In this document: positions 6,232 through 15,566 of the stretch, piece after piece
Layout: each line of letters starts with the position of its first letter
Numbering within the stretch: the first letter of the stretch is position 1
Source of the DNA: Copranaerobaculum intestinale
GTDB taxonomy: Bacteria > Bacillota_I > Bacilli_A > Erysipelotrichales > Erysipelotrichaceae
Reading direction: 5' to 3'
NCBI RefSeq assembly: GCF_009831105.1
Contig: NZ_WUUQ01000002.1
Location: 360,001-392,000, forward strand
DNA length: 32,000 nucleotides
Translations under genes and position numbers: made by a program
The notes under the pieces: model-generated
Told to the model about the DNA's origin: nothing
What the model saw: the letters and a program-made list of their open reading frames with translations, nothing else
Databases searched by the model: none

Positions 6232-9171
6232 ATGTTTTTAAAAAGAATAGAATTACAGGGGTTTAAATCCTTTGCCGATAAATCGGTTATTACCTTTGAT
6301 TCCGATGTGATTGGAATTGTCGGTCCGAATGGATGCGGCAAGAGTAATATCAATGATGCGATACGTTGGGTGCTTGGAGAACAGAGTGTAAAATCGCTTC
6401 GTGGAAGCAGTATGAGCGATGTGATTTTCAGCGGTTCGCAACAGCGTAAAGCGGTGAATATGGCAGAGGTTACGCTGGTATTTGATAACAGCAAGCATTT
6501 TTTAAACATTGATTATGAAGAGGTGGAGGTAACCCGTCGACTGCATCGAATCAGTGGTGAAGGTGAGTATTTTATCAATCAGACACCATGCCGCCTAAAG
6601 GATATTTTGAATTTGGTAATGGATACCGGTTTGGGAAAGGATTCGCTTTCTATCATATCGCAGGGGAATATCTCCAGCTTTGCGGAAGCAAAGCCGGAAG
6701 ACCGGCGGGCTTTGTTTGAAGAAGCAGCCGGCGTGGCAAAATATAAGAAGCGTAAAAATGATTCTCTCAATAAGCTGAATCGGACTCAGGAAAATCTTTT
6801 GCGCCTAGAAGATATTATTCTCGAATTGGAGCGGCAGGTGAATCCGCTGAAACGTCAGGCGAAAAAGGCTGAGCTGTATTTAGAGAAAAAAGCACAGTTG
6901 GAAACCATTGAAGTCAGTGTTATCTGTGATGAAATAGAAAATCTTCAGAATAAGATTGAGATATTGAAAAAGAAATCATTTGATTTAGATTCACAGAAAG
7001 CCATGCATGAAACGACCATTCAGGTTCAGGATTTAAAGAATATGGAACTGAAAAAGGAAATCTCGCAGCTGGATCAGGAAGTGAACCGGCTGCAGGGTGA
7101 TCTGATGAAGGTCATGAATGAGATGAATATGCTGGAAGCCAGAAAAGCGGAACTGGATGAAAAGCGAAAATACGCAATGGAATATGCGAGCAATCTCGAT
7201 AAAGCCAAAGAATTAAAAAAGATGCTGGAAGAAGCAGATTATGAATATAAAGATCGTCAGAAGCGTTATATGGATATGCAGAGTGATCTGGAATTAACCA
7301 GGAAGCAGGTTAGTGAGCTGGAAAATCAGGTTTCTTTTTGCAATCAGGAAGCATTACAGGCACGAAATTACTTAAATAAATTGAATAACCGTAAAGAGGT
7401 CTTGGAAAATCTAATGCGTCAGCCGTTTAATCATCAGCAGGGGGTAAAAGCGATCATGGATGCGCAGCGTTCCCTGCATGGGGTTTTAGGTGTTATGTCA
7501 CAAATCATCATTCCGCATGAGTCTTATGAACTGGCAATTACCAATGCCTTGGGCGGAGCGATGTATCACATCGTAACAGAAGATGAAACAGCGGCACGTC
7601 ATGCGATTACATTTTTGAAAAAGAATCATAGCGGCAGGGCGACCTTTTTGCCGATATCTGTGCTGCGGCCACGTTCTTTAAATCATGATTCAAGAACGCT
7701 TGCGGAGCATTCTGCCGGTTTTCTTGGAACCGCTAATGAATTTGTCGACAATGATCCAATTTTTGATACTGTCCGTGATTCACTGCTGGGTAATGTGATC
7801 GTCTGTGATAATTTGATCAATGCGAATGAATTGGCCAAAACGTTAAAATTTCAATATAAAATCATCACAGTGGAAGGAGATATCGTGCATCGCGGCGGAT
7901 CCATGACCGGTGGGCACATAAGAGATAATTCCTCACCGTTAACAATCCGCAGAGAATTGGAAACGGTTAAGGAATCGCTGGAGCAGCACACGCTCAAGGT
8001 ACAGGAGTTGGATGCGCGGCAGACAGCCCTGCAGTCCAAACGGGAATCGCAGGCAAATCAGCTGGTACAGCTGCAAATAGCATTGGCGCAGCTTCAGCCG
8101 ATCGTAGATGCGAAACGAGCGAAGCTTGATCGCTTAAAAATTGATTATGAACAGATTGCACCGAAGGATATGGAGCTGGATGCGGTCAGTATGGAAGATG
8201 ATATTGTCATCAAATTATCGGATATGTATTCGCGGCGCGATGACATCACAAAAGCGATTAACGAGAAGCGGGATCGGCGAGTAAAAGCCGGAGCGGAAGT
8301 CGATCGGCAGGAAATGCAAATACGTGAGCTGCGCCGTGATTTGAACATTCTTCAAAATGAAGAAAGAGAAGTGGATATTGATAAAGCGAAGGCGGAAGCT
8401 AAACTGGATAATGCATTAGAACGTTTGAGCGGTAATTATGAAATGACCTTTGAATACGCACAGACGCTGAAACAGGAAATGGAGGATATGGAGCAGGCAA
8501 GGGCGGATGTATCTCGACTTCGCAGTGAAATTGCGGCGCTTGGCAACGTGAATCTGGATGCTCCGCAGGAATATGCAGAAGTATCTGAACGCTTTGAATT
8601 TCTGCAGTCTCAAAAAGCGGATTTGGAGGCAGCTCGGGCTAAGATTCTGGATGCCATTGATGAAATGGATCAATCGATGGTCATTCAATTTAAAGAGATG
8701 TTTGATAAAATCAACGCAGAGTTAAATGATGTCTTTCGGGCATTGTTTGGCGGCGGCAAAGCTCGGTTGTTTATGGTTGACCCGCAGGATGTACTGAATA
8801 CCGGCATTGATATTGACGTGCAGCCGCCGGGTAAAAGCGTTCGCAATATTCGCTTATTCTCCGGTGGAGAAAAGAGCTTGATTGCAATTTGTGTCTTATT
8901 TTCCATTTTGAAGGCTCGTACGATTCCGCTCTGTATCTTTGATGAGGTAGAAGCGGCGCTGGATCAGGCGAATGTTGAGCGTTTTGCGAAATACATTGCC
9001 CAGTTTCGCGGGGAGAGTCAGTTTATCGTAGTAACACATCGCCCTGGAACAATGGCGCAGTGCGATTCTTTGTATGGTGTTACGATGCAGCAAAACGGTG
9101 TGTCACAGCTGCTGCGAGTAAAATTGCAGGATGCCATCGAAATGATTGATCGACCGAAGGAGGCAGCTTAA
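6232..9171 (+). CDS. smc: Chromosome partition protein SMC (short-armed, 979 aa)
   Basis: N-terminus 'MFLKRIELQGFKSFADKSVITFDSDVIGIVGPNGCGKSN' contains the Walker A motif. Long Glu/Lys/Leu/Gln coiled-coil stretches flank a hinge around 'GVLGVMSQII...GGAMYHIVTEDE'. The C-terminus has the signature 'FSGGEKSL' and Walker B 'CIFDEVEAALD'. Confidence 0.95.
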   Translation: MFLKRIELQGFKSFADKSVITFDSDVIGIVGPNGCGKSNINDAIRWVLGEQSVKSLRGSSMSDVIFSGSQQRKAVNMAEVTLVFDNSKHFLNIDYEEVEVTRRLHRISGEGEYFINQTPCRLKDILNLVMDTGLGKDSLSIISQGNISSFAEAKPEDRRALFEEAAGVAKYKKRKNDSLNKLNRTQENLLRLEDIILELERQVNPLKRQAKKAELYLEKKAQLETIEVSVICDEIENLQNKIEILKKKSFDLDSQKAMHETTIQVQDLKNMELKKEISQLDQEVNRLQGDLMKVMNEMNMLEARKAELDEKRKYAMEYASNLDKAKELKKMLEEADYEYKDRQKRYMDMQSDLELTRKQVSELENQVSFCNQEALQARNYLNKLNNRKEVLENLMRQPFNHQQGVKAIMDAQRSLHGVLGVMSQIIIPHESYELAITNALGGAMYHIVTEDETAARHAITFLKKNHSGRATFLPISVLRPRSLNHDSRTLAEHSAGFLGTANEFVDNDPIFDTVRDSLLGNVIVCDNLINANELAKTLKFQYKIITVEGDIVHRGGSMTGGHIRDNSSPLTIRRELETVKESLEQHTLKVQELDARQTALQSKRESQANQLVQLQIALAQLQPIVDAKRAKLDRLKIDYEQIAPKDMELDAVSMEDDIVIKLSDMYSRRDDITKAINEKRDRRVKAGAEVDRQEMQIRELRRDLNILQNEEREVDIDKAKAEAKLDNALERLSGNYEMTFEYAQTLKQEMEDMEQARADVSRLRSEIAALGNVNLDAPQEYAEVSERFEFLQSQKADLEAARAKILDAIDEMDQSMVIQFKEMFDKINAELNDVFRALFGGGKARLFMVDPQDVLNTGIDIDVQPPGKSVRNIRLFSGGEKSLIAICVLFSILKARTIPLCIFDEVEAALDQANVERFAKYIAQFRGESQFIVVTHRPGTMAQCDSLYGVTMQQNGVSQLLRVKLQDAIEMIDRPKEAA

Positions 9172-9172
9172 T

Positions 9173-10147
9173 ATGGGTATTTTTTCAAAACTGAAACAGG
9201 CCTTTGCAGGCAAGGATGATCAGGATCGCTATTTAAGCGGTCTCGATAAATCACGGCGCTCATTTTCCCAACGGATTCGTAATTTGGCACTGAATTTTAC
9301 CGGAGTTAATGAAGAATTCTTAGAAGAGTTAATGATTGTGCTGCTGGAAGCGGATATTGGTATACGTACCGCAGAAAAAATTATTGAACGGGTAGAAACC
9401 CGTGCCATGGATGAAAAACTAAAGAAATTTGATGAAATCAGTGAATGTCTGATTGAAGTCATGGCGGAAATGTATGAAGAAGCAGGAACGTGTGATGATC
9501 ATGTGAATGAGAACGGCCCGACTGTTGTGCTGATGGTCGGGGTCAACGGCAGCGGCAAAACGACGACGACCGCAAAATTGACCAAACTGTATCAGGAGCA
9601 GAGAAAGAAAGTGGTGCTGGCGGCTGCGGATACATTTCGAGCCGGAGCAGTCGATCAGCTTGCAATGTGGGCGGATCGGCTTAACGTGCCATGTATCAAA
9701 GGCCGCGAGGGCGGTGATCCCAGCGCCGTACTGGTTGATGCATGCCGCTATGCACTGGAAGAAAAAGCAGATTATTTGATTGGTGATACTGCCGGACGGC
9801 TTCAGAACAAGGCAAATCTGATGAAAGAGCTGGAAAAGATGAAGCGGGTAGTTGGACGTGAAATTGATGGTGCACCGCATGAGGTGTGGCTGGTCATTGA
9901 TGCGACAACCGGTCAAAACGGAATATCACAAGCACAGGTATTCTTAGAAACAACAGCTGTCACTGGAATCATTTTGACCAAGCTGGACGGGACTGCCAAG
10001 GGCGGTATTGTCTTTGCCATTCGTGATCAGTTAGGTTTGCCGGTGAAGTTCATCGGTCTTGGCGAACATCCGGATGATCTGCGTCCGTTTGATCTGCAGT
10101 CCTATCTGTACAGTCTTTGTGAAGGTATGCTGGAAGATCATGATTGA
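9173..10147 (+). CDS. ftsY: Signal recognition particle receptor FtsY
   Basis: SRP GTPase motifs 'GVNGSGKTTT', 'DTAGR' and 'TKLDGTAKGG' are present. I prefer the ATG at 9173 (AAGGAGG upstream, 1 nt after the smc stop) over 9146. Confidence 0.95.
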   Translation: MGIFSKLKQAFAGKDDQDRYLSGLDKSRRSFSQRIRNLALNFTGVNEEFLEELMIVLLEADIGIRTAEKIIERVETRAMDEKLKKFDEISECLIEVMAEMYEEAGTCDDHVNENGPTVVLMVGVNGSGKTTTTAKLTKLYQEQRKKVVLAAADTFRAGAVDQLAMWADRLNVPCIKGREGGDPSAVLVDACRYALEEKADYLIGDTAGRLQNKANLMKELEKMKRVVGREIDGAPHEVWLVIDATTGQNGISQAQVFLETTAVTGIILTKLDGTAKGGIVFAIRDQLGLPVKFIGLGEHPDDLRPFDLQSYLYSLCEGMLEDHD

Positions 10148-10475
10148 AAAGACACAGGAAATCAATGAATTGATGGATGCCTATGAAGGATTGTTGACGG
10201 AAAAGCAGCGGGATATCATGAAACTGTATTATCAAGAGGATTTCTCACTCAGTGAAATTGCCGAGAATAATGATATTTCCCGAAGTGCAGTCAATGATGC
10301 GATTAAACGAAGTGAACATGTGCTGTATGATTATGAAAAAAAGCTGGGCCTGGTACAAAAATTTAAGAAACGCAATCAGTTATATCAAAAGCTGCGTAAA
10401 CAGGTAACTGGTTCCGCAATTAATTTGATTGATCAATTAGAGTCATTAGATGACACAGGAGGAAATTATGAGTAA
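10140..10475 (+). CDS. ylxM: UPF0122 helix-turn-helix protein YlxM
   Basis: 'LLTEKQRDIMKLYYQEDFSLSEIAENNDISRSAVNDAIKRSEHVLYDYEKKLGL' is the typical YlxM sigma-70 region-4-like fold. The ATG at 10140 overlaps the ftsY stop by 8 nt. The upstream extension in the ORF track is Cys-rich and looks implausible. Confidence 0.85.
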   Translation: MIEKTQEINELMDAYEGLLTEKQRDIMKLYYQEDFSLSEIAENNDISRSAVNDAIKRSEHVLYDYEKKLGLVQKFKKRNQLYQKLRKQVTGSAINLIDQLESLDDTGGNYE

Positions 10476-11664
10476 GATTATCGCAGTAAATGCAGGAAGT
10501 TCATCCTTGAAGTTTCAGCTGTTTAACATGCCGGAAGAAACGGTTTTAACCAGTGGTTTGGTAGAGCGTATCGGTTTTGAAGACGCGGTTTTCACAATTA
10601 AAGTAAACGGTGAAAAGAAAACGACGACCTGTCCGATCTTAGATCATGAAAAAGCGGTTTCGATGCTTTTGGAAGCACTTGTTGAACATGGAATTGTCAC
10701 ATCTCTCGATGAGATTACGGCAGCTGGTCATCGTGCTGTGCACGGTGGGGAAACCTTTAAAGAATCAGTATTGGTGGATGAAGAAGTCGTTGCGGAATTT
10801 GAAAGCCTGTCGGAATTAGCACCGCTACATAATCCCGCCGGTTTGGTTGGCTACCGTGCTTTTAAAAAGAATCTGCCGAATATTAAACATACATTTGTGT
10901 TTGATACTGCATTTCATCAGACCATGGAGCCGGATTCTTATATTTATCCGCTTCCGATGGAGTATTATGATCAGTATAAAGTACGCCGTTATGGCTTCCA
11001 CGGTACTTCACACATGTACGTTTCACAGCGCTGTGCAGAATTGATGAACAAGCATTTAAAAGATACCAAGATCATCACATGCCATTTAGGAAACGGTGCC
11101 AGCATTACTGCCGTAGATGGCGGCAAATCCGTAAATACCTCAATGGGCTTTACACCGCTTGCCGGTATTATGATGGGTACCCGTTGTGGTGACATCGATC
11201 CTGCAATCGTACCGTTTTTAATGCGGAAAACGGGAATGACACCGGATGAAATGGATACGATGATGAATAAAAAATCGGGAATGCTTGGGGTGAGTGGTAT
11301 TTCCAGCGATGCGCGTGATATTGAAAACGGATGTAAAGCGGGAAACGAAAGAGCGATCCTGACTCAGAATTTGTATGTGAACCGTGTAATCAATACCGTT
11401 GGCGGCTATTACGCGCAGCTTGGCGGTTTAGACGCGATTGTATTTACCGGGGGTATCGGCGAAAATGATGTAGTTATGAGAGAAAAAATTTGTACGAAGC
11501 TGGAAGGTGCGCTCGGGGTAAAATTAAATAAAGAGCTGAACAGTGTAAGCCGTGGTGAGGAGCTGTTGCTTTCAGCACCCGATAGTAAAGTTCAGGTATG
11601 GCTGATTCCGACCAATGAGGAATTGATGATCGCCCGTGACGCTTACCGTTTGTCAGGTTGCTAA
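10468..11664 (+). CDS. ackA: Acetate kinase
   Basis: 'KIIAVNAGSSSLKFQLF', 'GHRAVHGG', 'FDTAFHQTMP'-like 'FDTAFHQTME', 'YGFHGTSH' and 'IVFTGGIGEN' are all present. The ATG at 10468 has AGGAGG upstream and overlaps the ylxM stop by 8 nt. Confidence 0.95.
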   Translation: MSKIIAVNAGSSSLKFQLFNMPEETVLTSGLVERIGFEDAVFTIKVNGEKKTTTCPILDHEKAVSMLLEALVEHGIVTSLDEITAAGHRAVHGGETFKESVLVDEEVVAEFESLSELAPLHNPAGLVGYRAFKKNLPNIKHTFVFDTAFHQTMEPDSYIYPLPMEYYDQYKVRRYGFHGTSHMYVSQRCAELMNKHLKDTKIITCHLGNGASITAVDGGKSVNTSMGFTPLAGIMMGTRCGDIDPAIVPFLMRKTGMTPDEMDTMMNKKSGMLGVSGISSDARDIENGCKAGNERAILTQNLYVNRVINTVGGYYAQLGGLDAIVFTGGIGENDVVMREKICTKLEGALGVKLNKELNSVSRGEELLLSAPDSKVQVWLIPTNEELMIARDAYRLSGC

Positions 11665-11666
11665 AA

Positions 11667-12617
11667 ATGTCAGAGCTGTTTTTCAAATGGATCGAAGCGA
11701 GTGAGGTCATTACCATTTTCCGCCATGTCGGAGCGGACAGTGACGCACTTGGATCACAGTTTGGATTAAAAACTTGGATTTTAGATCAGTATCCCAATAA
11801 ACAGGTTTACGCATTGGGTGAGGATCTGGGCTCACAGGGAAAGTTGTTTCCGCCGATCGATGATGTATCGGATGAAGTGATTGCAAACTCTTTGGCGATT
11901 ATCCTGGATACGGCAAACGCTGCCCGTATTGATGATGCCCGGTGGCAGCTGGCTGCTAAAAAAATCAAGGTGGACCATCATCTTGAAGTGGAGCATTTCG
12001 GTGATCTTGAAATTGTTAAAGAAACTGCTGGTGCAACCTGTGAAATACTCGCATCCTTATTTCAAAAGGATGGCCGGCCTTTATCATCAACTGCTGCAAA
12101 CTATCTGTACGGCGGTTTGATTGCTGATACTTTACAATTTTCGATAGCATCTACAACTTCTGATACATTGCTGGCAGCTGCTTATTTGGCTCAGTGCCAT
12201 GCAGATATTCCTCGCATCAACCGTGAAAATTTTTCTAAGACCTTAAAAGAATTTCAGTTTGAGACGTTTATCCGTTCTCACTATAAATTGCTGGATGGTC
12301 ATCTGGCTTATATCATTCTGCATGCTCAGGATTACGAGCAATTTGGGCTGACCCGCAATGAGGCAAAGGAAAAAGTATATGCGCTGGGCAATGTAGATGA
12401 ATTTGAGGTTTGGGCTCTGTTTATTGAACAGGCTGAAAGTGATAAAAACGAACCGCTTTATCAAGGCTCGCTGCGCTCAAAGCAAACAGCGATCAATGAT
12501 ATTGCCAACGCATTTAACGGCGGCGGGCATAAGCTGGCCTGCGGTGTGAAACGGCTCAGTCCGGCAATGATTGAAGCACTGCTTCAGCAGCTGCTTCGCC
12601 GGATTAAGAAAGGATAA
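11667..12617 (+). CDS. DHH-family phosphoesterase (NrnA-like oligoribonuclease/pAp phosphatase)
   Basis: DHH motifs are present: 'FRHVGADSDALGS', 'ILDTAN', 'KVDHHLE', and DHHA1 'GGGHKLACG'. The ATG lies 2 nt after the ackA stop. Confidence 0.85.
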   Translation: MSELFFKWIEASEVITIFRHVGADSDALGSQFGLKTWILDQYPNKQVYALGEDLGSQGKLFPPIDDVSDEVIANSLAIILDTANAARIDDARWQLAAKKIKVDHHLEVEHFGDLEIVKETAGATCEILASLFQKDGRPLSSTAANYLYGGLIADTLQFSIASTTSDTLLAAAYLAQCHADIPRINRENFSKTLKEFQFETFIRSHYKLLDGHLAYIILHAQDYEQFGLTRNEAKEKVYALGNVDEFEVWALFIEQAESDKNEPLYQGSLRSKQTAINDIANAFNGGGHKLACGVKRLSPAMIEALLQQLLRRIKKG

Positions 12618-12618
12618 T

Positions 12619-14289
12619 ATGAAAGTATATCATTTTGATCAATTTTTCGATCCAAAGACATATCAGAATATGGCAAAGCCGAAGCTGAGTTCGGTTAAAG
12701 GACATATTTTGTCCGTAGTGATTACCTTGCTGGTCTTTGCCATTACCTATTATGTATCGCACCCGGTTTTAAATCTGCACGATCACGGATCAGTCATCTA
12801 TATTGTATTTCATCTTCTGATCTTTGCCGGATTGGAATTCATGACGCATGGCTATATGCCGAAGATCGGAAAGCTGGCAGGTGCACTCAGTGGAATCATC
12901 GTGTTGGTGATGATCGTTCTAACGGTTGCCAGTGCGGCGTTTTTTCGCAGCGGGGACTATCATAAACAGCTGAAAATGGATGAAACCGCTAAATTTGATA
13001 AAGACTTCAAAACCATTGAAATGAGCAAGGTGCCGTTGATCGATTATGATGTTGCCAAACAGCTCGGTGATAAGAAAATGGGGCAGGTAACAGCGCTTGG
13101 CTCGCAGTATGAAGTATCCGATCAATATACTCTGATTTCGGTTAAGGGTGAACTGTATCGGGTTTCACCGCTGGAATATCGTGATTTCTTTAAATGGTTC
13201 CAGAACAACGACAAAGGCATCCCCGGATATATTAAAGTAAATGTCACAGATCCGGATGACGTTGAGCTGGTAGAATTGAAGAAGGGGATGAAATATGCCC
13301 CAAGTGCTTATTTCAATCAAAATATGGAACGTCATGTGCGTTTTTCCTATCCCATGGAACAGATCACCGATTATTCCTTTGAATTAAATGACGAGGGAAA
13401 ACCGTATTGGGTGATTTCTACCTTCCATCAGGAAGTTGGTTTTTATGGCGGAAACAGCGCAAATGGTGTGATTTTACTGGATCCGGTAAGCGGTGATATG
13501 AAGAAGTATGATCTGAAAGATGTTCCGAAATGGGTAGATCGGGTACAGCCGTCTGAATTTGCTTTGAATCAGCTGGAAAACTGGGGATTGTATGTCAATG
13601 GTTATTTCAATACGCTGTTTGGGCAAAAGGATATGCTGAAGGTTACCGATGGGCATAACTATGTTACCATCGACGGACAGACGAACTTATTTACCGGTGT
13701 AACATCTGTCGGAGGAGATAAATCGATCGTTGGTTTTGCACTTATTAATTTAAAGACCAAGGAAGCAAACTTCTTTAAAGTAAACGGTGCTGATGAAGCG
13801 AGCGCGATGTCAAGCGCCGAGGGAGAAGTGCAGAATCTTCGCTACAACGCGACCTTCCCGATCATGCTGAATATCGCAGATCGTCCGACGTATTTCATTT
13901 CCTTGAAGGATCAGGCAGGACTAGTGAAAAAGTATGCGTTTGTATCGGTTGAAAACTATTCGACCGTAGGTGTCGGCGATACTGTCGGCAAAGCACGTGA
14001 CAGCTATGTTCAGCGGCTGCGCGATGCCGGCAATGAGGTTGCTGAAGAAGAAAAGGCGACAACGGACAGTACAGCCGTCATTGCCTCAATCAACACAGCG
14101 ATCAAGGACGGTAACTCTACGTACTATATTACGTTAGAGGGTGATGATCATCTCTATGTGGTGCCGATCAAACTAAGCAATGAGCTGGCCTTAACGAAGC
14201 CCGGACAAAAAGTAAAAATCACGTATGAAAAATCTAAGGAAAAAACTGTTTTAGCGGAAAAATTTGATAATCTGGATTTGCAGTATTAA
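12619..14289 (+). CDS. Conserved hypothetical membrane protein (three N-terminal transmembrane helices plus a ~430-aa extracytoplasmic domain)
   Basis: The ATG at 12619 lies 1 nt after the DHH gene stop, with RBS AAGAAAGGA. Hydrophobic segments are 'ILSVVITLLVFAITYYV', 'VIYIVFHLLIFAGLEF' and 'LAGALSGIIVLVMIVLTVASAAFF'. I recognise no family. Confidence 0.7.
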   Translation: MKVYHFDQFFDPKTYQNMAKPKLSSVKGHILSVVITLLVFAITYYVSHPVLNLHDHGSVIYIVFHLLIFAGLEFMTHGYMPKIGKLAGALSGIIVLVMIVLTVASAAFFRSGDYHKQLKMDETAKFDKDFKTIEMSKVPLIDYDVAKQLGDKKMGQVTALGSQYEVSDQYTLISVKGELYRVSPLEYRDFFKWFQNNDKGIPGYIKVNVTDPDDVELVELKKGMKYAPSAYFNQNMERHVRFSYPMEQITDYSFELNDEGKPYWVISTFHQEVGFYGGNSANGVILLDPVSGDMKKYDLKDVPKWVDRVQPSEFALNQLENWGLYVNGYFNTLFGQKDMLKVTDGHNYVTIDGQTNLFTGVTSVGGDKSIVGFALINLKTKEANFFKVNGADEASAMSSAEGEVQNLRYNATFPIMLNIADRPTYFISLKDQAGLVKKYAFVSVENYSTVGVGDTVGKARDSYVQRLRDAGNEVAEEEKATTDSTAVIASINTAIKDGNSTYYITLEGDDHLYVVPIKLSNELALTKPGQKVKITYEKSKEKTVLAEKFDNLDLQY

Positions 14290-14294
14290 ACTTG

Positions 14295-14322
14295 AAAAGC
14301 TCTTTTGAAAAGAGCTTTTTTC
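14295..14322 (+). terminator. Rho-independent terminator ending the smc-to-membrane-protein gene string
   Basis: aaaagctctt (14295-14304), loop ttgaa, aagagctttt (14310-19), then a T-run. This makes the TTG start at 14292 in the ORF track implausible. Confidence 0.85.
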
Positions 14323-14378
14323 TAGAATTTGTAATTTTATTGGGAACCGCCTATAATGAAGATAAAGAAGGTGATCGT

Positions 14379-15491
14379 ATGAAAAAACGTTCTATGATTT
14401 TCTTGCTTCTATTATCATTTTGTATATGCGGCTGCGGGAATCGTCAAAAAGAATCCGATCGTACGATTAAACAAATTAACGATACCCGATATTCGATGAA
14501 GATAATTGAACTGCCGGGACTTGAGTCCATGGATAATCACACCCAGATAACTCAAATGGATGATGAAATGATGTATTTTACAACCTATACGACATTTGGG
14601 AATTCGGGACAGGATGTTTATTATGCGAGTGGTAATAGACCATTGACTTCCTTTGTGACAAAGGCGGTTTATGCGTATGATCGTAAGCAGAAAACGCTGA
14701 AAACCATCCTTGAGGGGGATGGGGAAAAAGTGTATTATGACTATCAAATGTTTCAGGGCATGTCCTATGCGGTGATTGGAACGATGCAGGAATCTAGTGA
14801 TCTGGACAATCAGCTGCAATTAACTGAAAACGGCATTCCCGTTTTAAACTGGAATCATAATCATGATGATCTTGGCTTCTATCTGCGTGCTGATCATAAT
14901 AAGCTGTATCTGCTGCAGTATCCCACCGGAGATCACATGGTGCCGACATTGTACGAAATACATGATAAAGGCCCTCTTACAATGGTTCGCAATGCTTTTA
15001 TGACTCGGTTAAATGAAATATCAAACATCAGTGAAATGACACCGCAGCTTCGCGTGTATGGAAATAAAGTGACGTATCTGGATCAAAAGAAAAAATCCAT
15101 GGAATTGGGTATTTATGAGCATCAAAAATTTCAGCAATATGAAATTCCCTTCACCGGACAGATCCTTGCCATTTTTGACAACGATGTATTGATGCAATCC
15201 GAAGATGGTGTTTGTTACTGGAATTTGAAACAGCGTCAGCGAAAAGAAGTCAAAAATGACGATTTTAAAGAAGAACTCACCCATGAATTTCGGCAAATCA
15301 ACAAACATCAACTGCTGTACACCTCATCGCATTCACTGAAACTGTATACTTATCGTGATAACGATACTTATCTGCTTCAGGATATAACAGATCAGCCGTA
15401 TCGGATTGAAATGGTTTACGGGAATCAGATTTTATTGAGCCAGGCTTCTGTTAACTCCATGCGGTATTATCTGGGTATTTTGAAAGATTGA
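14379..15491 (+). CDS. Hypothetical lipoprotein
   Basis: The ATG at 14379 has RBS AAGAAGGTGA. Signal peptide with lipobox 'MKKRSMIFLLLLSFCICGC'. The mature part is a ~350-aa region of unknown family. Local resemblances to the island protein at 4231-5409 include 'QMDDEMMYF'/'KMDDIGFV' and 'VYAYDRKQKTL'/'LYTYDLRSNTI'. Confidence 0.7.
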   Translation: MKKRSMIFLLLLSFCICGCGNRQKESDRTIKQINDTRYSMKIIELPGLESMDNHTQITQMDDEMMYFTTYTTFGNSGQDVYYASGNRPLTSFVTKAVYAYDRKQKTLKTILEGDGEKVYYDYQMFQGMSYAVIGTMQESSDLDNQLQLTENGIPVLNWNHNHDDLGFYLRADHNKLYLLQYPTGDHMVPTLYEIHDKGPLTMVRNAFMTRLNEISNISEMTPQLRVYGNKVTYLDQKKKSMELGIYEHQKFQQYEIPFTGQILAIFDNDVLMQSEDGVCYWNLKQRQRKEVKNDDFKEELTHEFRQINKHQLLYTSSHSLKLYTYRDNDTYLLQDITDQPYRIEMVYGNQILLSQASVNSMRYYLGILKD

Positions 15492-15510
15492 GAAATTCTC
15501 AATCTTTTTG
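15484..15510 (+). terminator. Rho-independent terminator after the lipoprotein gene
   Basis: aagattgaga (15484-93), loop aat, tctcaatctt (15497-15506), then ttttg. The stop codon lies inside the stem. Confidence 0.75.
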
Positions 15511-15566
15511 CTTCCGGCGTAAGATTAGATTTGTTTTATGGTAAAATAGAGATAGGAAGTGATATC

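Noticed and set aside
6108-6509. 133-aa minus-strand ORF spanning the hlyIII/smc intergenic region and the smc 5' end
   Set aside because: It overlaps the highly conserved SMC N-terminal head coding region and the divergent promoter region. It has no RBS or motif support.
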